This document shows positions 10,442 to 21,406 of a stretch of 64,000 nt of DNA, in pieces. The first letter of the stretch is position 1. The number at the start of each line of letters is the position of its first letter. The notes below the pieces were generated by a model, which worked only from the letters and a program-made list of their open reading frames with translations, did no database searches and was not told where the DNA came from. Source of the DNA: Atribacterota bacterium. GTDB taxonomy: Bacteria > Atribacterota > Phoenicimicrobiia > Phoenicimicrobiales > Stramentimicrobiaceae. The stretch is from the NCBI GenBank assembly GCA_040767965.1, contig JAXGNR010000004.1:608001-672000 (forward strand), given 5' to 3'. The position numbers and the translations under genes are program-made.

Positions 10442-11362
10442 TTAATTTTCAGTGTTGATTGTGAATTGATATATATTTTGATTATTTGAAAATTCAGGCA
10501 CTATATTTTGATCTCGAAAGGTAACAACAACATTTTCCGGCTTATTGGTCAGTAAATCAACTGTCCCTTCTGTTTTTATAAGCAAGTCTTCGTCGGGAAA
10601 TATATAATTTTCAAATAATATTTGATTATTATGTAATATTTTAATCCAGGCAGGTTCACTGGCTTCAATAACAACTGGATCATAAGAAGGAACCGGTTCG
10701 AGCTCATTAATAGGATAGACATTTTCAAGTACAGTATCGTTCTGAGCAAGAGTGCTATTTTCAGTAATTTGAATTGTTTCATTTTTCAGGTTTTGGTTTG
10801 CAATATTGGTATCACTATTTTTTTCTAAAGTAAAAGTACCCTCTGTTGGCTGCAAAGAAAGAGTTGGCTGTTTAGTCCGGTCAATAAATTGCTTAGCAAA
10901 AAAGACAATTAAAAAAACCACAAATAAAATAAAAATAATTTTCATTAATGGTAAGAAATTAATATTATTTGTTTTTCTTGTTCGATGTTTTTTCCTACTA
11001 GAAGAATAATATTTATTCTTTCTACTTATATCACTTATTTTTTGAACATTTTCTGAGGGTTGCTCTTTTGCTGTATATTGATCGCTCAGATTCTGCTTTA
11101 TTTCAAGATTATTATCTTTATCTTCAACAATTCCTCCTGATGATTCTAGCAGCTGGCTGATTTTATCTTGGCTTATTTCTAAATAACTGGCATAATTCCT
11201 TAAATACCCTAAAAAATATGTTTTGCCTGGTAATTCATTTTCGTTACCCTCCTCAATGGCAACTAAATATTTTTTTCTTATTTTAAGATGCTGTTCTATT
11301 TCTTCTAAGGGTATACCCAATTCAATTCTTCTATTTTTTAAATACTCTCCAATTTTATTCAT
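10442..11362 (-). CDS. rodZ: RodZ-like protein (HTH, TM, DUF4115)
   Basis: IGEYLKNRR...LKIRKKYLVAIEEG...YLRNYASYL HTH, single TM helix, EPAWIKI motif; next to ftsK. Confidence 0.8.
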   Translation of the reverse strand: MNKIGEYLKNRRIELGIPLEEIEQHLKIRKKYLVAIEEGNENELPGKTYFLGYLRNYASYLEISQDKISQLLESSGGIVEDKDNNLEIKQNLSDQYTAKEQPSENVQKISDISRKNKYYSSSRKKHRTRKTNNINFLPLMKIIFILFVVFLIVFFAKQFIDRTKQPTLSLQPTEGTFTLEKNSDTNIANQNLKNETIQITENSTLAQNDTVLENVYPINELEPVPSYDPVVIEASEPAWIKILHNNQILFENYIFPDEDLLIKTEGTVDLLTNKPENVVVTFRDQNIVPEFSNNQNIYQFTINTEN

Positions 11363-11456
11363 ATCGAAATGCGCTCCTGAAAGCTTAATCTAAAATAAAT
11401 AATATTATAATAATACTATCATGTTTTCATTTCAAATAAAACCAATAGAATTGCTT

Positions 11457-13679
11457 TTATTCAGGGGAACTGTTATTTTTTGAAAAATATTCATTTTTTG
11501 ATAGGAGTATCTTCCTGGGATTTCTACCATCATATGGGCCAACAATACCTTTATCTTCCATCATATCAATAAGTCTTGCTGCTCTGGTATAACCAATTCT
11601 TAATTTTCTTTGTAAAATTGAAATAGAGGCCTGATTATTATTTATAATAGTATCAACTGCGTCTTCGAATAATTCATCCTCTTCCTCAGCGCTAACTTCA
11701 TTATCTTTTTCATGAATATCCCTTTGTTCCAGGATTGTTTCATTGAAATCTGGGGCAGGCCCGTTGTTAATCAAAAAAGAAACAATATTTTTTATTTCTT
11801 TTTCAGCAACATAAGCCCCTTGAGCCCTAATCGGTTTTGAAGAATTTATTGGTGAAAAAAGCATATCGCCATTTCCCAAAAGTTTTTCAGCGCCATTAAC
11901 ATCCAGGATAGTTCTTGAATCAACCTGCGTAGATACGGCAAAAGCTATACGGGAAGGAAAATTAACTTTTATTGAGCCAGTAATAATGTCAACTGAAGGT
12001 CTCTGGGTGGCTATAATCAAATGTATGCCTGTAGCTCTAGTCATTTGCGCTAACCTGCAGAGTGATTCTTCGACTTTGACTGGCGAGGTAAGCATTAAAT
12101 CGGCTAATTCATCTATAATTATTACAATATAAGGTAACATTATTTTGTCGTCTTTTACATTTTTTATATATTCATGGTAGCCTTTTAAATTCCGAACACC
12201 TACTTCTGCAAATATTTTAAATCTTTTCTCCATTTCAGATATAGCCCAGCTTAAAACTTTATCAACTTTCTTGGGGTTAGTGATAATGGGGAATATTAAA
12301 TGTGGAATACCATTATATACATTTAATTCAACTCTTTTAGGATCGACCATCACAAATTTTATCATATCCGGACCAAATCTGTATAACAAACTTAGTATAA
12401 TTGAATTAACACAAACGCTTTTTCCGGAACCTGTGGATCCAGCTATAAGCAAATGAGGTAAATCAATCAAATCTGTTATAATGTTTTTTCCGCCAATATC
12501 TTTACCTAAGGCAATGGGAAGTATATTGGAGTTGCTTTGGTATTCAGATGATTCAACTATTTCTCTTAAAAAAACCGTATCTTTTTCTTTGTTTGGAACT
12601 TCAATTCCAATAGCATTTTTGCCTGGGATCGGAGCTTCAATTCTTACTGATGCAACTGCAAAGGCTAAAGCAATATCGTTGCTGAGATTTGTTATCTTTG
12701 ATACTTTAACGCCTGGAGCAGGTTGAATTTCATATCTGGTAACAGTGGGCCCCTGAGTAGCTCCGATAACTTTACCCTGGATACCGAAATTATCTAAAGT
12801 TTCTTGCAATAATACAATATTATTTTTTACAAGTTCATGATTTTTAGCTTTATATTCTTTTTCTACATTTTTTAATAAATCCAAAGGTGGTTTTAAATAT
12901 ACGCTATTATCAATGTTGTTGATGCTTGAAGAACTAGTTTTTTTAGTGAAATTTATTTTCTCCTGGGTTGCTTTTTGTGTTGGCCTGGTTTCCTTTTCTA
13001 CAGAAGCTTTTTTAAAAACCGGTACAGATTTTTTTTGATTAATTCTTTGTTCCTCAGAATAAATTGTAATATTTTCAGAACTGGCCTTCTTTTCTTTTTT
13101 AAATTTACTTTCAGTTATTTTCATTGTTCTTGTTTTAATGTTTAAAATGATATTTCTTATAATTTTTATCCCCTTATTAAGAAACAGGTAAATTATATAG
13201 AAAAAAGAAACATCTGTAATAAAAAGTATAGATATGAGACCAAGGGCTGTTAGAAAAAGATACGCTCCTGTTAAACCAAAATAATTATACAAATACAAAC
13301 TAGAAAAATATCCATATAAACCACCTCCAGCACCTTCTTTTGCCAGCAGGTAGGAATTATCTATAAACAATAATTTTAGATGGATTAAAGTTAATACTAT
13401 TAATAGCAGGGCTGAAATTCCAATTATTTTATTATAATAATTGGACATCTTGTAATTAGTTAAAAGTAGAATACCTTCAGTAAGGAGAAATAGAAAAACT
13501 AAATATTTTCCAAGTCCAATTGATTGGTTGAATAAACTTATTAGTGAAGATAAAAAAATACTATTATCATTCGGGGCAAATAATATAAATAAATAATATA
13601 AAGAAATAATAATTACTATTATTCCAGATATTTTCTTTTTAATTAAATAATTTTTATTTTCTTTTTTTATCATTTTCAC
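11457..13679 (-). CDS. ftsK: DNA translocase FtsK/SpoIIIE
   Basis: N-terminal TM helices, HLLIAGSTGSGKS, DELADLM, ATQRPS, gamma domain LQRKLRIGYTRAARL. Confidence 0.97.
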   Translation of the reverse strand: MKMIKKENKNYLIKKKISGIIVIIISLYYLFILFAPNDNSIFLSSLISLFNQSIGLGKYLVFLFLLTEGILLLTNYKMSNYYNKIIGISALLLIVLTLIHLKLLFIDNSYLLAKEGAGGGLYGYFSSLYLYNYFGLTGAYLFLTALGLISILFITDVSFFYIIYLFLNKGIKIIRNIILNIKTRTMKITESKFKKEKKASSENITIYSEEQRINQKKSVPVFKKASVEKETRPTQKATQEKINFTKKTSSSSINNIDNSVYLKPPLDLLKNVEKEYKAKNHELVKNNIVLLQETLDNFGIQGKVIGATQGPTVTRYEIQPAPGVKVSKITNLSNDIALAFAVASVRIEAPIPGKNAIGIEVPNKEKDTVFLREIVESSEYQSNSNILPIALGKDIGGKNIITDLIDLPHLLIAGSTGSGKSVCVNSIILSLLYRFGPDMIKFVMVDPKRVELNVYNGIPHLIFPIITNPKKVDKVLSWAISEMEKRFKIFAEVGVRNLKGYHEYIKNVKDDKIMLPYIVIIIDELADLMLTSPVKVEESLCRLAQMTRATGIHLIIATQRPSVDIITGSIKVNFPSRIAFAVSTQVDSRTILDVNGAEKLLGNGDMLFSPINSSKPIRAQGAYVAEKEIKNIVSFLINNGPAPDFNETILEQRDIHEKDNEVSAEEEDELFEDAVDTIINNNQASISILQRKLRIGYTRAARLIDMMEDKGIVGPYDGRNPRKILLSKNEYFSKNNSSPE

Positions 13680-13691
13680 TAAAATATAGTT

Positions 13692-14519
13692 CTATAGATT
13701 TGCATTGTAATTATATATAATAACCGCCAAACCGATAAACCACAAATAGAAACTAAAATATTTTAATTTAAAGTTAACTAACATTTTTATAAAAAAGTTC
13801 ATTGCCCAATAGCCTGTTAAAAAGGTAATTATTCCAGCGAATATTAAATATACAAGATTAATATCAATACGGGATATTTCTTTCATTTCAAATAAAGTAG
13901 CTCCCAATATAATTGGGACAGATAAAATAAAAGAATATTTCGCAGCAAATTTCCTATCTAATTTTCTAGTTAGTGACATCATAATAGTGAAACCGGATCT
14001 GGATAATCCTGGAACAATCGCCAGGGCTTGAGCAAGCCCAATTAAAATGGCATCAGCTATTGTAATATCTTTTAATTGTTTATTACCCTGTCTCGTACCT
14101 GTGTCAGTAAAAAACAAACACAAACCAGTAATTAGAAGCATGAGTGCAGTAATAATGGGACTACTAAATATTTGTTTGAAAAAATCTTGTAAGAAATAAC
14201 CAAAAAAGGCACCTGGCACAGTACTTATAATAAGCAGATATGCGAATTTACTTTGATAATCTGTTTTAATAAAATTTATAAATATTTTAGGGTGAAGTAT
14301 ATATTTTAAGCTTTTTATGAAAGAAATTATTATTTCTGCTATATCTTTTTTAAACAGGAACAATACTGCTAGTGTTGTTACAAAATGTAAAAAAGTTTCA
14401 AAGGCTACTCCTGGCATTTCTAGTTTCAATAAATATTTTCCTAAGACTAGATGCCCGGAACTACTTATGGGAAGAAATTCTGTTAAACCCTGGATCAGGC
14501 CTAAAATAACATAATACAT
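13692..14519 (-). CDS. uppP: Undecaprenyl-diphosphate phosphatase
   Basis: QGLTEFLPISSSGHL and PGLSRSG motifs; polytopic membrane protein. Confidence 0.95.
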   Translation of the reverse strand: MYYVILGLIQGLTEFLPISSSGHLVLGKYLLKLEMPGVAFETFLHFVTTLAVLFLFKKDIAEIIISFIKSLKYILHPKIFINFIKTDYQSKFAYLLIISTVPGAFFGYFLQDFFKQIFSSPIITALMLLITGLCLFFTDTGTRQGNKQLKDITIADAILIGLAQALAIVPGLSRSGFTIMMSLTRKLDRKFAAKYSFILSVPIILGATLFEMKEISRIDINLVYLIFAGIITFLTGYWAMNFFIKMLVNFKLKYFSFYLWFIGLAVIIYNYNANL

Positions 14520-14575
14520 TTAAATCCTTACTATTTAATTCAAGTTTTGGTTATAATGGTCGTCTAGTCCAATGA

Positions 14576-15055
14576 CTACTTCTCTGGCAGTGATTTTATT
14601 CCAGTATGACCAAAACCTCCTTCACCTCTTTTGGTTTGGTCTAATTGGTTAGTTTCTTTTAAAACCGGGTAGACAACTTTTTGAAAAACCATTTGAGCAA
14701 TCCTGTCTCCTCGATTAATAAAAAAATCTTTTTTACCATGATTAATAAGTATTATTTTTATTTCACCTCTATAATCAGAATCTATAGTGCCTGGAGAATT
14801 AAGAACTGTAATGCCATTATGATAAGCCAGTCCGCTTCTAGGTCTTATTTGGGCTTCATATCCAACAGGTAGAGATATTTTTATGCCTGTGGATATTAAT
14901 TTTATATCACCACTATTGAGTACAACTGTTTCCTTTTCTGCAGAATACAAATCTATACCGGATGCGAATTTACTTGCCAATCTTGGGATTGGCAAGTCTA
15001 AGCAATCTTTATCTTTTTCAATTTTTACTACTATTTTATCTAGATCCATATTCAT
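14576..15055 (-). CDS. dut: dUTP diphosphatase
   Basis: [34 protein letters not shown]. Confidence 0.97.
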   Translation of the reverse strand: MNMDLDKIVVKIEKDKDCLDLPIPRLASKFASGIDLYSAEKETVVLNSGDIKLISTGIKISLPVGYEAQIRPRSGLAYHNGITVLNSPGTIDSDYRGEIKIILINHGKKDFFINRGDRIAQMVFQKVVYPVLKETNQLDQTKRGEGGFGHTGIKSLPEK

Positions 15056-15060
15056 ATTAT

Positions 15061-17256
15061 CTATTTATCGTAATTCCTTTTATTAGGTCTTCTATTTTGC
15101 GATCCATCAACATTTGCATTTCTATCAGGTCTAGGAGTTAATTCCTTTTTACTCAGATCTATTTTACCTTGTTGGTCTATTCCAATAACTTTTACCGGGA
15201 ATTCATCGTCTAATTTAATAATGTCTTCAACTTTATCAACACGATAGTGGCATAAATTTGAAATATGTAAAAGTCCTTCAACCCCAGGAAGGATTTCTAC
15301 AAAAGCTCCATACTTAGTTATTCTTTTTACTTTACCATTATAGATTTCGCCAGTCTTAACTTCCCGTACTAATCCTTCTATTAAGTTTTTTGCTTTTTCA
15401 ATTTTATCGGTTGTATCAGCAGTTATAAATATTTCACCATTATCCTTTATATCAATTTCAGTGCAACTCTCTTCAATGATTTTTTTAATATTACGGCCGC
15501 TTGGCCCAATGATGCTGCCAATTTTATCAACATTTACCTTCATGATAAACATTTTTGGCACATAATGGGAAAGCTCTTCTTTAGGCTTATCAATTGTTGA
15601 GTTCATTTTTTCCAGTATAAACATTCTTCCAATTTTGGATTTTTCTAGAATATCCCGAATCACATTTATGGAAATTCCATCAATTTTTAAATCCATTTGG
15701 ATGGCCGTCAGACCATCAACAGTACCAGCTGCTTTGAAATCCATGTCACCATAGTGATCTTCTAGCCCCATTATATCAGTTAATATTTTATACTGTTCCC
15801 CTTCTTTCACCAGGCCGAGGGCTATTCCTGCTACAGGCTTAGTAATAGGCACTCCTGCATCCATTAAAGAAAGACTTGTTCCGCAAACAGTAGCCATTGA
15901 AGAAGAACCATTTGATTCCAGCACTTCAGAAACTACACGTATTGTATACGGAAAGTCTGATTCGTTCGGAATTACTGCCCTGATAGCTTTTTCTGCCAGA
16001 GCTCCATGTCCAATCTCTCTCCTTGATTGAGATCTTCTGGGCTTAACATCTCCTACTGAGAATGGTGGAAAATTATAATGCAAATAAAATTTACGTGAAG
16101 TATCTTCTTCCAAAGTGTCTATAGATTGTTGGTCTCGAACAGAACCCAAAGTAGTAATTACCAGGGCTTGAGTCTGTCCTCTTGTAAACAAAGCACTGCC
16201 ATGAACTCTTGGTAAGATACTTATTTCACTTTCAATATTTCTAATTTCATCTACACTTCGATGGTCTAATCTTATTCCTTTATCCAGGATAAGTTTTCTA
16301 ATTATATTTTTACATAAAAGGTCATATGCTTCTTTAAATAAAAAGCCGCTAAAGTTGTCTTCTTCATTGACTTCATTGACCTCTTTGAATTTAATTACAA
16401 TATCATTAAATAAAATATCTAATTCTTTTTCTCTTTCTTTCTTATCAAAAACAAGCAGGGCTTTTTCAATGTCATTAAAATGTTTTTCTTCTAAATATTT
16501 GTAGTAACCTTCTTTGTTTTGCAGAGCTTCTTTATTTTCCATCCAAGCTGTTTTTGAAGGTTGTTGGTTATTCAGTTCTTCAGAGAATTTTATTTGAGCA
16601 TCAACTATAATGTTAATTTCTTTTTGGGCTATTTCAAGGGCATTTAAAACAAGTTCTTCAGGGAGTTCTTTGACTTCTCCTTCAATCATTATAACCGAGT
16701 CTTTTGTACCAGCAATAATTAAATTCAATTGACAGTTTTTTAAAATGTCAACAGTGGGATTTAAAATATATTCTCCATCAAGATAACCTATTCTCACTGC
16801 TGCGACAGGTTTATTGAAAGGAATATCTGAAACATATAAAGCACATGAAGCTCCAATTATTGCCAGAGTATCAGGAAGATTTGTTTGATCATATGATAAA
16901 ACAGAGGCTATAATTTGAACATCATTATAATATCCTTCAGGGAATAAAGGTCTTAATGGTCGATCTATAAGTCTGGAGGTTAATATAGCATTATCGCTAG
17001 GTTTACCTTCCCTTTTGAAAAAACCGCCTGGTATTTTACCGGCAGCGTAAAACTTTTCTTCATAATCAACCAATAAAGGGAAAAAATCTATCCCTTCTCT
17101 TGGTTCTTTTGAGGCAACAGCCGTTACCAGCAAAACCGTTTCACCACAGGTGATTAATATTGATCCATTAGCCTGTTTTGCTAATTTGCCGGTTTCTATT
17201 TTTATAGAGTTGTTACCAATATTAAATTCAAAATTTCTAGAAACAGAATTGGTCAT
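15061..17256 (-). CDS. pnp: Polyribonucleotide nucleotidyltransferase (PNPase)
   Basis: [36 protein letters not shown] and S1 domains. Confidence 0.98.
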   Translation of the reverse strand: MTNSVSRNFEFNIGNNSIKIETGKLAKQANGSILITCGETVLLVTAVASKEPREGIDFFPLLVDYEEKFYAAGKIPGGFFKREGKPSDNAILTSRLIDRPLRPLFPEGYYNDVQIIASVLSYDQTNLPDTLAIIGASCALYVSDIPFNKPVAAVRIGYLDGEYILNPTVDILKNCQLNLIIAGTKDSVIMIEGEVKELPEELVLNALEIAQKEINIIVDAQIKFSEELNNQQPSKTAWMENKEALQNKEGYYKYLEEKHFNDIEKALLVFDKKEREKELDILFNDIVIKFKEVNEVNEEDNFSGFLFKEAYDLLCKNIIRKLILDKGIRLDHRSVDEIRNIESEISILPRVHGSALFTRGQTQALVITTLGSVRDQQSIDTLEEDTSRKFYLHYNFPPFSVGDVKPRRSQSRREIGHGALAEKAIRAVIPNESDFPYTIRVVSEVLESNGSSSMATVCGTSLSLMDAGVPITKPVAGIALGLVKEGEQYKILTDIMGLEDHYGDMDFKAAGTVDGLTAIQMDLKIDGISINVIRDILEKSKIGRMFILEKMNSTIDKPKEELSHYVPKMFIMKVNVDKIGSIIGPSGRNIKKIIEESCTEIDIKDNGEIFITADTTDKIEKAKNLIEGLVREVKTGEIYNGKVKRITKYGAFVEILPGVEGLLHISNLCHYRVDKVEDIIKLDDEFPVKVIGIDQQGKIDLSKKELTPRPDRNANVDGSQNRRPNKRNYDK

Positions 17257-17318
17257 TTATTTATTTTCTCCTTAATTCCATACAAGAAAGAAAGTAAAAA
17301 GCATTATACTTTTTAAAT

Positions 17319-17591
17319 TTACTTTCTTAAATTTAATTGTTCAATTAATTTTCTATATTTTTCAATATCATGGTCTTTCAGATAATTCAATAGGCTTCTT
17401 CTTTTTCCAACCATTCTAAGAAGACCATGTTTAGAATGAGAATCTTTTTTATTTTTTATCAGGTGTTCAGTTAAGTGATTTATCTGTTCAGTTAAAATAG
17501 CTACCTGAACTTCAGTTGAACCAGTATCTTTTTCATGATGCTGATAATTTCTGATTATTCCGTCTTTAATATCTTTTTTAATCATTGCAAT
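17319..17591 (-). CDS. rpsO: 30S ribosomal protein S15
   Basis: [33 protein letters not shown]; start ambiguous (ATT 17591 or ATG 17585). Confidence 0.97.
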   Translation of the reverse strand: MAMIKKDIKDGIIRNYQHHEKDTGSTEVQVAILTEQINHLTEHLIKNKKDSHSKHGLLRMVGKRRSLLNYLKDHDIEKYRKLIEQLNLRK

Positions 17592-17678
17592 ACACACTCT
17601 CTTTCTTATAGTAAATTATTATAAAAAAATAGGTTAAAACAAATTATAGTGAAATATTTTTAGATTACTCAAAAATAT

Positions 17679-17707
17679 ATTATACCATAACAAGCATATT
17701 CACACAA
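17679..17707 (-). promoter_or_regulatory. Extended -10 promoter for rpsO-pnp
   Basis: TGgTATAAT at 17687-17679; weak -35 TTGTGT at 17-nt spacing. Confidence 0.55.
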
Positions 17708-17740
17708 ATATAATTTTACATCAGGATACTCTTATAGGTC

Positions 17741-18694
17741 TTATACGTTGTTAAAGTATTTTTCTGCAACAATTATATCTTTAATTATTTGTTTCTTTAA
17801 ACTATCAATATTTACAAATTTTATTTCATTCCTTATTCTTTTTAAAATAGCCAAGGTAATATTTTGTCCATAAATATTTTTATTGAAATTGAGAATAAAA
17901 GTTTCTATAGACATATTATCATTTGTTTTTTTGAAAGTAGGAACAAAACCAATATTGGTGATTCCTTTGTATATTGAATTTTCAATTTTGATCCGTGAAA
18001 TATAGATACCATTTTTAGGCAGTAATTTTCCCTTATTTGCTTTTATATTTGCAGTAGGGATAGACAGTATAGCATTTCCCCTATTGTCTCCGGATATAAC
18101 CTTTCCAGTTATTTTATAATTATATCCCAATAATTCATTGGCTTTTTCTATTTGTCCTTTATTAATATAATCTTTAATTATTGTAGCACTAATATCTTCA
18201 TTCTCATTTATTGTTGTTGCCGGTAGAATGTATGGAATATAATTATATTTGCTACTAAGATTTTTAATTAAAGTCGTATCCCCTGTTTTATTATAACCAA
18301 AATGGTAATTATAGCCAACAAAAACTGCCCTCATATTGTACTTCTCTATAAGTATTTCTTTTAGAAATTCTTCAGGAGTGCATTTTTGAAATTTTTCATC
18401 AAATTTTATGATTACAATTTTATCAATTCCTATCTTTTTAATTTTTTCTACTTTTTCTTCCAATGGGGTCAATAGGAAAAAATTATTTAATTTATTGATA
18501 ATTATTTCTGGATGAGGCTCAAAAATAACAGCAGTACTAATAGCCTTTGCTTTTAATGATTCACTAACGCATAAATTTAATAATGATTGATGTCCTAAAT
18601 GAACTCCATCAAAAAAACCCAGAGCTATATAACTGATCTTTTTGTTCTGAGTAAAATCATATAAAGGATTTAATATTTCTTTAATTATTGCCAT
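17741..18694 (-). CDS. ribF: Bifunctional riboflavin kinase/FAD synthetase
   Basis: ALGFFDGVHLGHQ, FEPHP, IPTANI, NIGFVPTF, IRNEIKF. Confidence 0.95.
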   Translation of the reverse strand: MAIIKEILNPLYDFTQNKKISYIALGFFDGVHLGHQSLLNLCVSESLKAKAISTAVIFEPHPEIIINKLNNFFLLTPLEEKVEKIKKIGIDKIVIIKFDEKFQKCTPEEFLKEILIEKYNMRAVFVGYNYHFGYNKTGDTTLIKNLSSKYNYIPYILPATTINENEDISATIIKDYINKGQIEKANELLGYNYKITGKVISGDNRGNAILSIPTANIKANKGKLLPKNGIYISRIKIENSIYKGITNIGFVPTFKKTNDNMSIETFILNFNKNIYGQNITLAILKRIRNEIKFVNIDSLKKQIIKDIIVAEKYFNNV

Positions 18695-19637
18695 GGAAAG
18701 TTTTTTCTATCTTAAAAGTATTTGTATTTTTTTGTTGCTGTTCATTTTTTAAAATATGCGCAATTGCCAAAAAATCTCCATCATTTGAATAGACAGAGAA
18801 TTTATCAGGAAAATCTTCTAAGTTATTATTTTTTATTATAGTGATATCGTTAATTGTTATATTTCTGCCATTTAGAACTCTTTTAATCAAATTATCATCA
18901 TTTTTCAAGATTATTTTATTTAAAAAATAAAGAGACCGATCAATGCCTGATATAAAAGCATTTTGATGATTTCTGGATAGGCTTAAAAAATAAGATAATT
19001 CTATCGATTGTTCCAGGCTGTAATTTCCTATCTTTGTTCTAATTAATTTTGAAACATAGGCACCACAACCAAGATTATTCCCTATGTCATGACACAATGA
19101 TCTTATATATGTGCCTTTTGAACATTGCACTTTAAATTTTACCTCTGCATATGGTGGCTTTTTTACATCCAGCATAGATAAATTGTAAATTTTTACTTTT
19201 CTAGGTTTTCTCTCTATAAAAATACCTTTTCTTGCAAGTTGATATAGTCTTAATCCATTTTGTTTAATTGCAGAAAACATAGGAGGTTTCTGGAATATTT
19301 CTCCTTGGTATTCTGAAAAAACTTTTTCTATATCTGATCTTTTTATAATAATGCTTTGATCTTTTCGTATTTTGAGGATTTTTCCTTCCAGGTCGTATGT
19401 ATCAGTATCTATACCCAAAACCATGCTTCCAGCGTATTCTTTTTTTAATGCAGTGAGATATTGTGTTATTTTAGTTGCTTTGCCAAGACCAATTAAAAGA
19501 ACGCCTGTTGCGAAAGGATCTAAGGTTCCAGCATGACCAACTTTATCAATTTTTAAAGATTTTTTTATTTGAGATACAACCTGGGCTGATGTTATTCCAG
19601 CAGGTTTGTTTATATTAAGAATTCCGTTAATCATCAT
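18681..19637 (-). CDS. truB: tRNA pseudouridine(55) synthase
   Basis: KVGHAGTLDPFATGVL, CSKGTYIRSL. Confidence 0.97.
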   Translation of the reverse strand: MMINGILNINKPAGITSAQVVSQIKKSLKIDKVGHAGTLDPFATGVLLIGLGKATKITQYLTALKKEYAGSMVLGIDTDTYDLEGKILKIRKDQSIIIKRSDIEKVFSEYQGEIFQKPPMFSAIKQNGLRLYQLARKGIFIERKPRKVKIYNLSMLDVKKPPYAEVKFKVQCSKGTYIRSLCHDIGNNLGCGAYVSKLIRTKIGNYSLEQSIELSYFLSLSRNHQNAFISGIDRSLYFLNKIILKNDDNLIKRVLNGRNITINDITIIKNNNLEDFPDKFSVYSNDGDFLAIAHILKNEQQQKNTNTFKIEKTFHGNN

Positions 19638-19684
19638 AATTGTATTTGTTATCTTTGGCTCTTAAAATATTCATATATTGAAAT

Positions 19685-20692
19685 TTAAAAAATATTTTCT
19701 TGCTGCAGCTTTTTTAAAACGTTTTCAATTACATCTGATAAAATACCATTAATTTGACAGCCAGCAGCATTTGGATGTCCGCCGCCTCCAAATTTACGAG
19801 CAAAATAATCGACATTATAGCTACCTTTTGAACGGAAACTTATTTTAATGCTATTATCGGGAGTTTCTCTAAAGAAAACAGCAATTTGAATACCCTTTAC
19901 AGATAATATTTTATCGACTATTCCTTCAACATCTTCATCATTTGCATTCGCATCTGCCAGCATATCCCTTGTAATTGCAGTCCAGGAAATATTTCCTGTT
20001 GAATCAATTTTTAAATTACTCAAAGCGGTTCCAAGTATTTTTAAGCTTGATAGTTTTGCATTTTTATATATATTGTTTGCAATTTCATCTGGAACGGCAC
20101 CACTGGTAACCAGTTTTGCTGCAACATTAAATGTTTTTGCACTGGTGTTGCTGTATCTGAATGAGCCGGTGTCAGTAGTAATAGCAGTATAGATCGGGAT
20201 AGTAATATCTTCATGGATATTACTATCCATCTTTTGGGCTAAATTAAATATTATTTCCCCTACAGAAGAAGCTTTAGGCTGAACAAAGTTAAAATCGCCA
20301 AAATAGCTATTACTGGAGTGATGGTCGATATTAACAATGTGCAAAAAATTGGAAATATCAAGAAAGATATTTCCAATTCTGTCTAAATTACTTGAATCAA
20401 GTACAATCAAAACAGGTTTGAAATTATTTTTACCTGTAACTGCATTATTAATATAGCTGAAACTTGTTTCGCTGGCACAAATTATTTTGTCCGTATTTGG
20501 TAAAAATCTATATATTTCTGGCAATTGATCTTGATTAATAATTAAAACATCTTTTTTTAGCTGTTTCAAAATAGAATAAAGAGCTAATTCAGATCCAATG
20601 GCATCACCATCGAGATGAACATGTGAAGATATAACAAAATTATTATGTTTTTTAAATAAATCTATTATTTCCTGCTTTTTATTGTTTTTCAT
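19685..20692 (-). CDS. nrnA: DHH/DHHA1 nanoRNase / pAp phosphatase
   Basis: HxxxDGDAIGS, NIDHH, TDTGSF, FGGGGHPNAAG. Confidence 0.9.
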   Translation of the reverse strand: MKNNKKQEIIDLFKKHNNFVISSHVHLDGDAIGSELALYSILKQLKKDVLIINQDQLPEIYRFLPNTDKIICASETSFSYINNAVTGKNNFKPVLIVLDSSNLDRIGNIFLDISNFLHIVNIDHHSSNSYFGDFNFVQPKASSVGEIIFNLAQKMDSNIHEDITIPIYTAITTDTGSFRYSNTSAKTFNVAAKLVTSGAVPDEIANNIYKNAKLSSLKILGTALSNLKIDSTGNISWTAITRDMLADANANDEDVEGIVDKILSVKGIQIAVFFRETPDNSIKISFRSKGSYNVDYFARKFGGGGHPNAAGCQINGILSDVIENVLKKLQQENIF

Positions 20693-21060
20693 TAACCTTC
20701 TTGTTCTTTTCTTTCATTTTCCAGGCTATAGACCTTATCCATTAATTGATATACTTTTGCTAAATCTTGGTCATAATAAAAGGCAATATTTGGTATAGAC
20801 CTGTAATTTTTAAGGCTAGCAGCTAATTCTGATCTGACAAAATTAGTTGCACTTGAAAGACCTTTCATGCTTTTTTGCTGTTCTTCTTTGGTTCCCAGAA
20901 CCGAAATATATACTTTCGCATTGTGGAGATCATCAGATAAGTTTATTCTGGTGATTGTAACAAACCCGATTCTAGGATCTTTTACCTTATTATGAATTAT
21001 ATGGCTAATATTTCTTTTGAGTAATTTTTCAAAATGTTTCTTTTTTTGTTCCATAACCAT
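20692..21060 (-). CDS. rbfA: Ribosome-binding factor A
   Basis: KDPRIGFVTIT, DLHNAKVYIS; infB operon context. Confidence 0.95.
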   Translation of the reverse strand: MVMEQKKKHFEKLLKRNISHIIHNKVKDPRIGFVTITRINLSDDLHNAKVYISVLGTKEEQQKSMKGLSSATNFVRSELAASLKNYRSIPNIAFYYDQDLAKVYQLMDKVYSLENERKEQEG

Positions 21061-21116
21061 TTTATGTTCCTCTAAAATTATATTATATATTGCATTATTA
21101 ATATGTATTAGGCAGA

Positions 21117-21398
21117 TCAGATAATAGAAATATGGTAATCAATTAACTCTATATTGTTAATTAATTCAATTCCTTTTATAATATTTTGTAATATCTTGTC
21201 TATTTGACGGTTGTTATCGCTGACTATACTTATTGCCAGGATGCACTTTTTCCACGAGTTTTTATTTCCAATTTCGGAAATAGATATATTGTATTTTTTT
21301 CTTAGAACATTTATTGTTTTTTTTAAAATACTTCGTTTATCTTTTAGAGAATGGCAATCAGGCAAATATATATTTAGTTCACATATTCCTATTATCAT
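21117..21398 (-). CDS. DUF503 (YlxP-like) protein
   Basis: CHSLKDKRS, KYNISISEI; position between infB and rbfA. Confidence 0.9.
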   Translation of the reverse strand: MIIGICELNIYLPDCHSLKDKRSILKKTINVLRKKYNISISEIGNKNSWKKCILAISIVSDNNRQIDKILQNIIKGIELINNIELIDYHISII

Positions 21399-21406
21399 TT
21401 TTAAAA

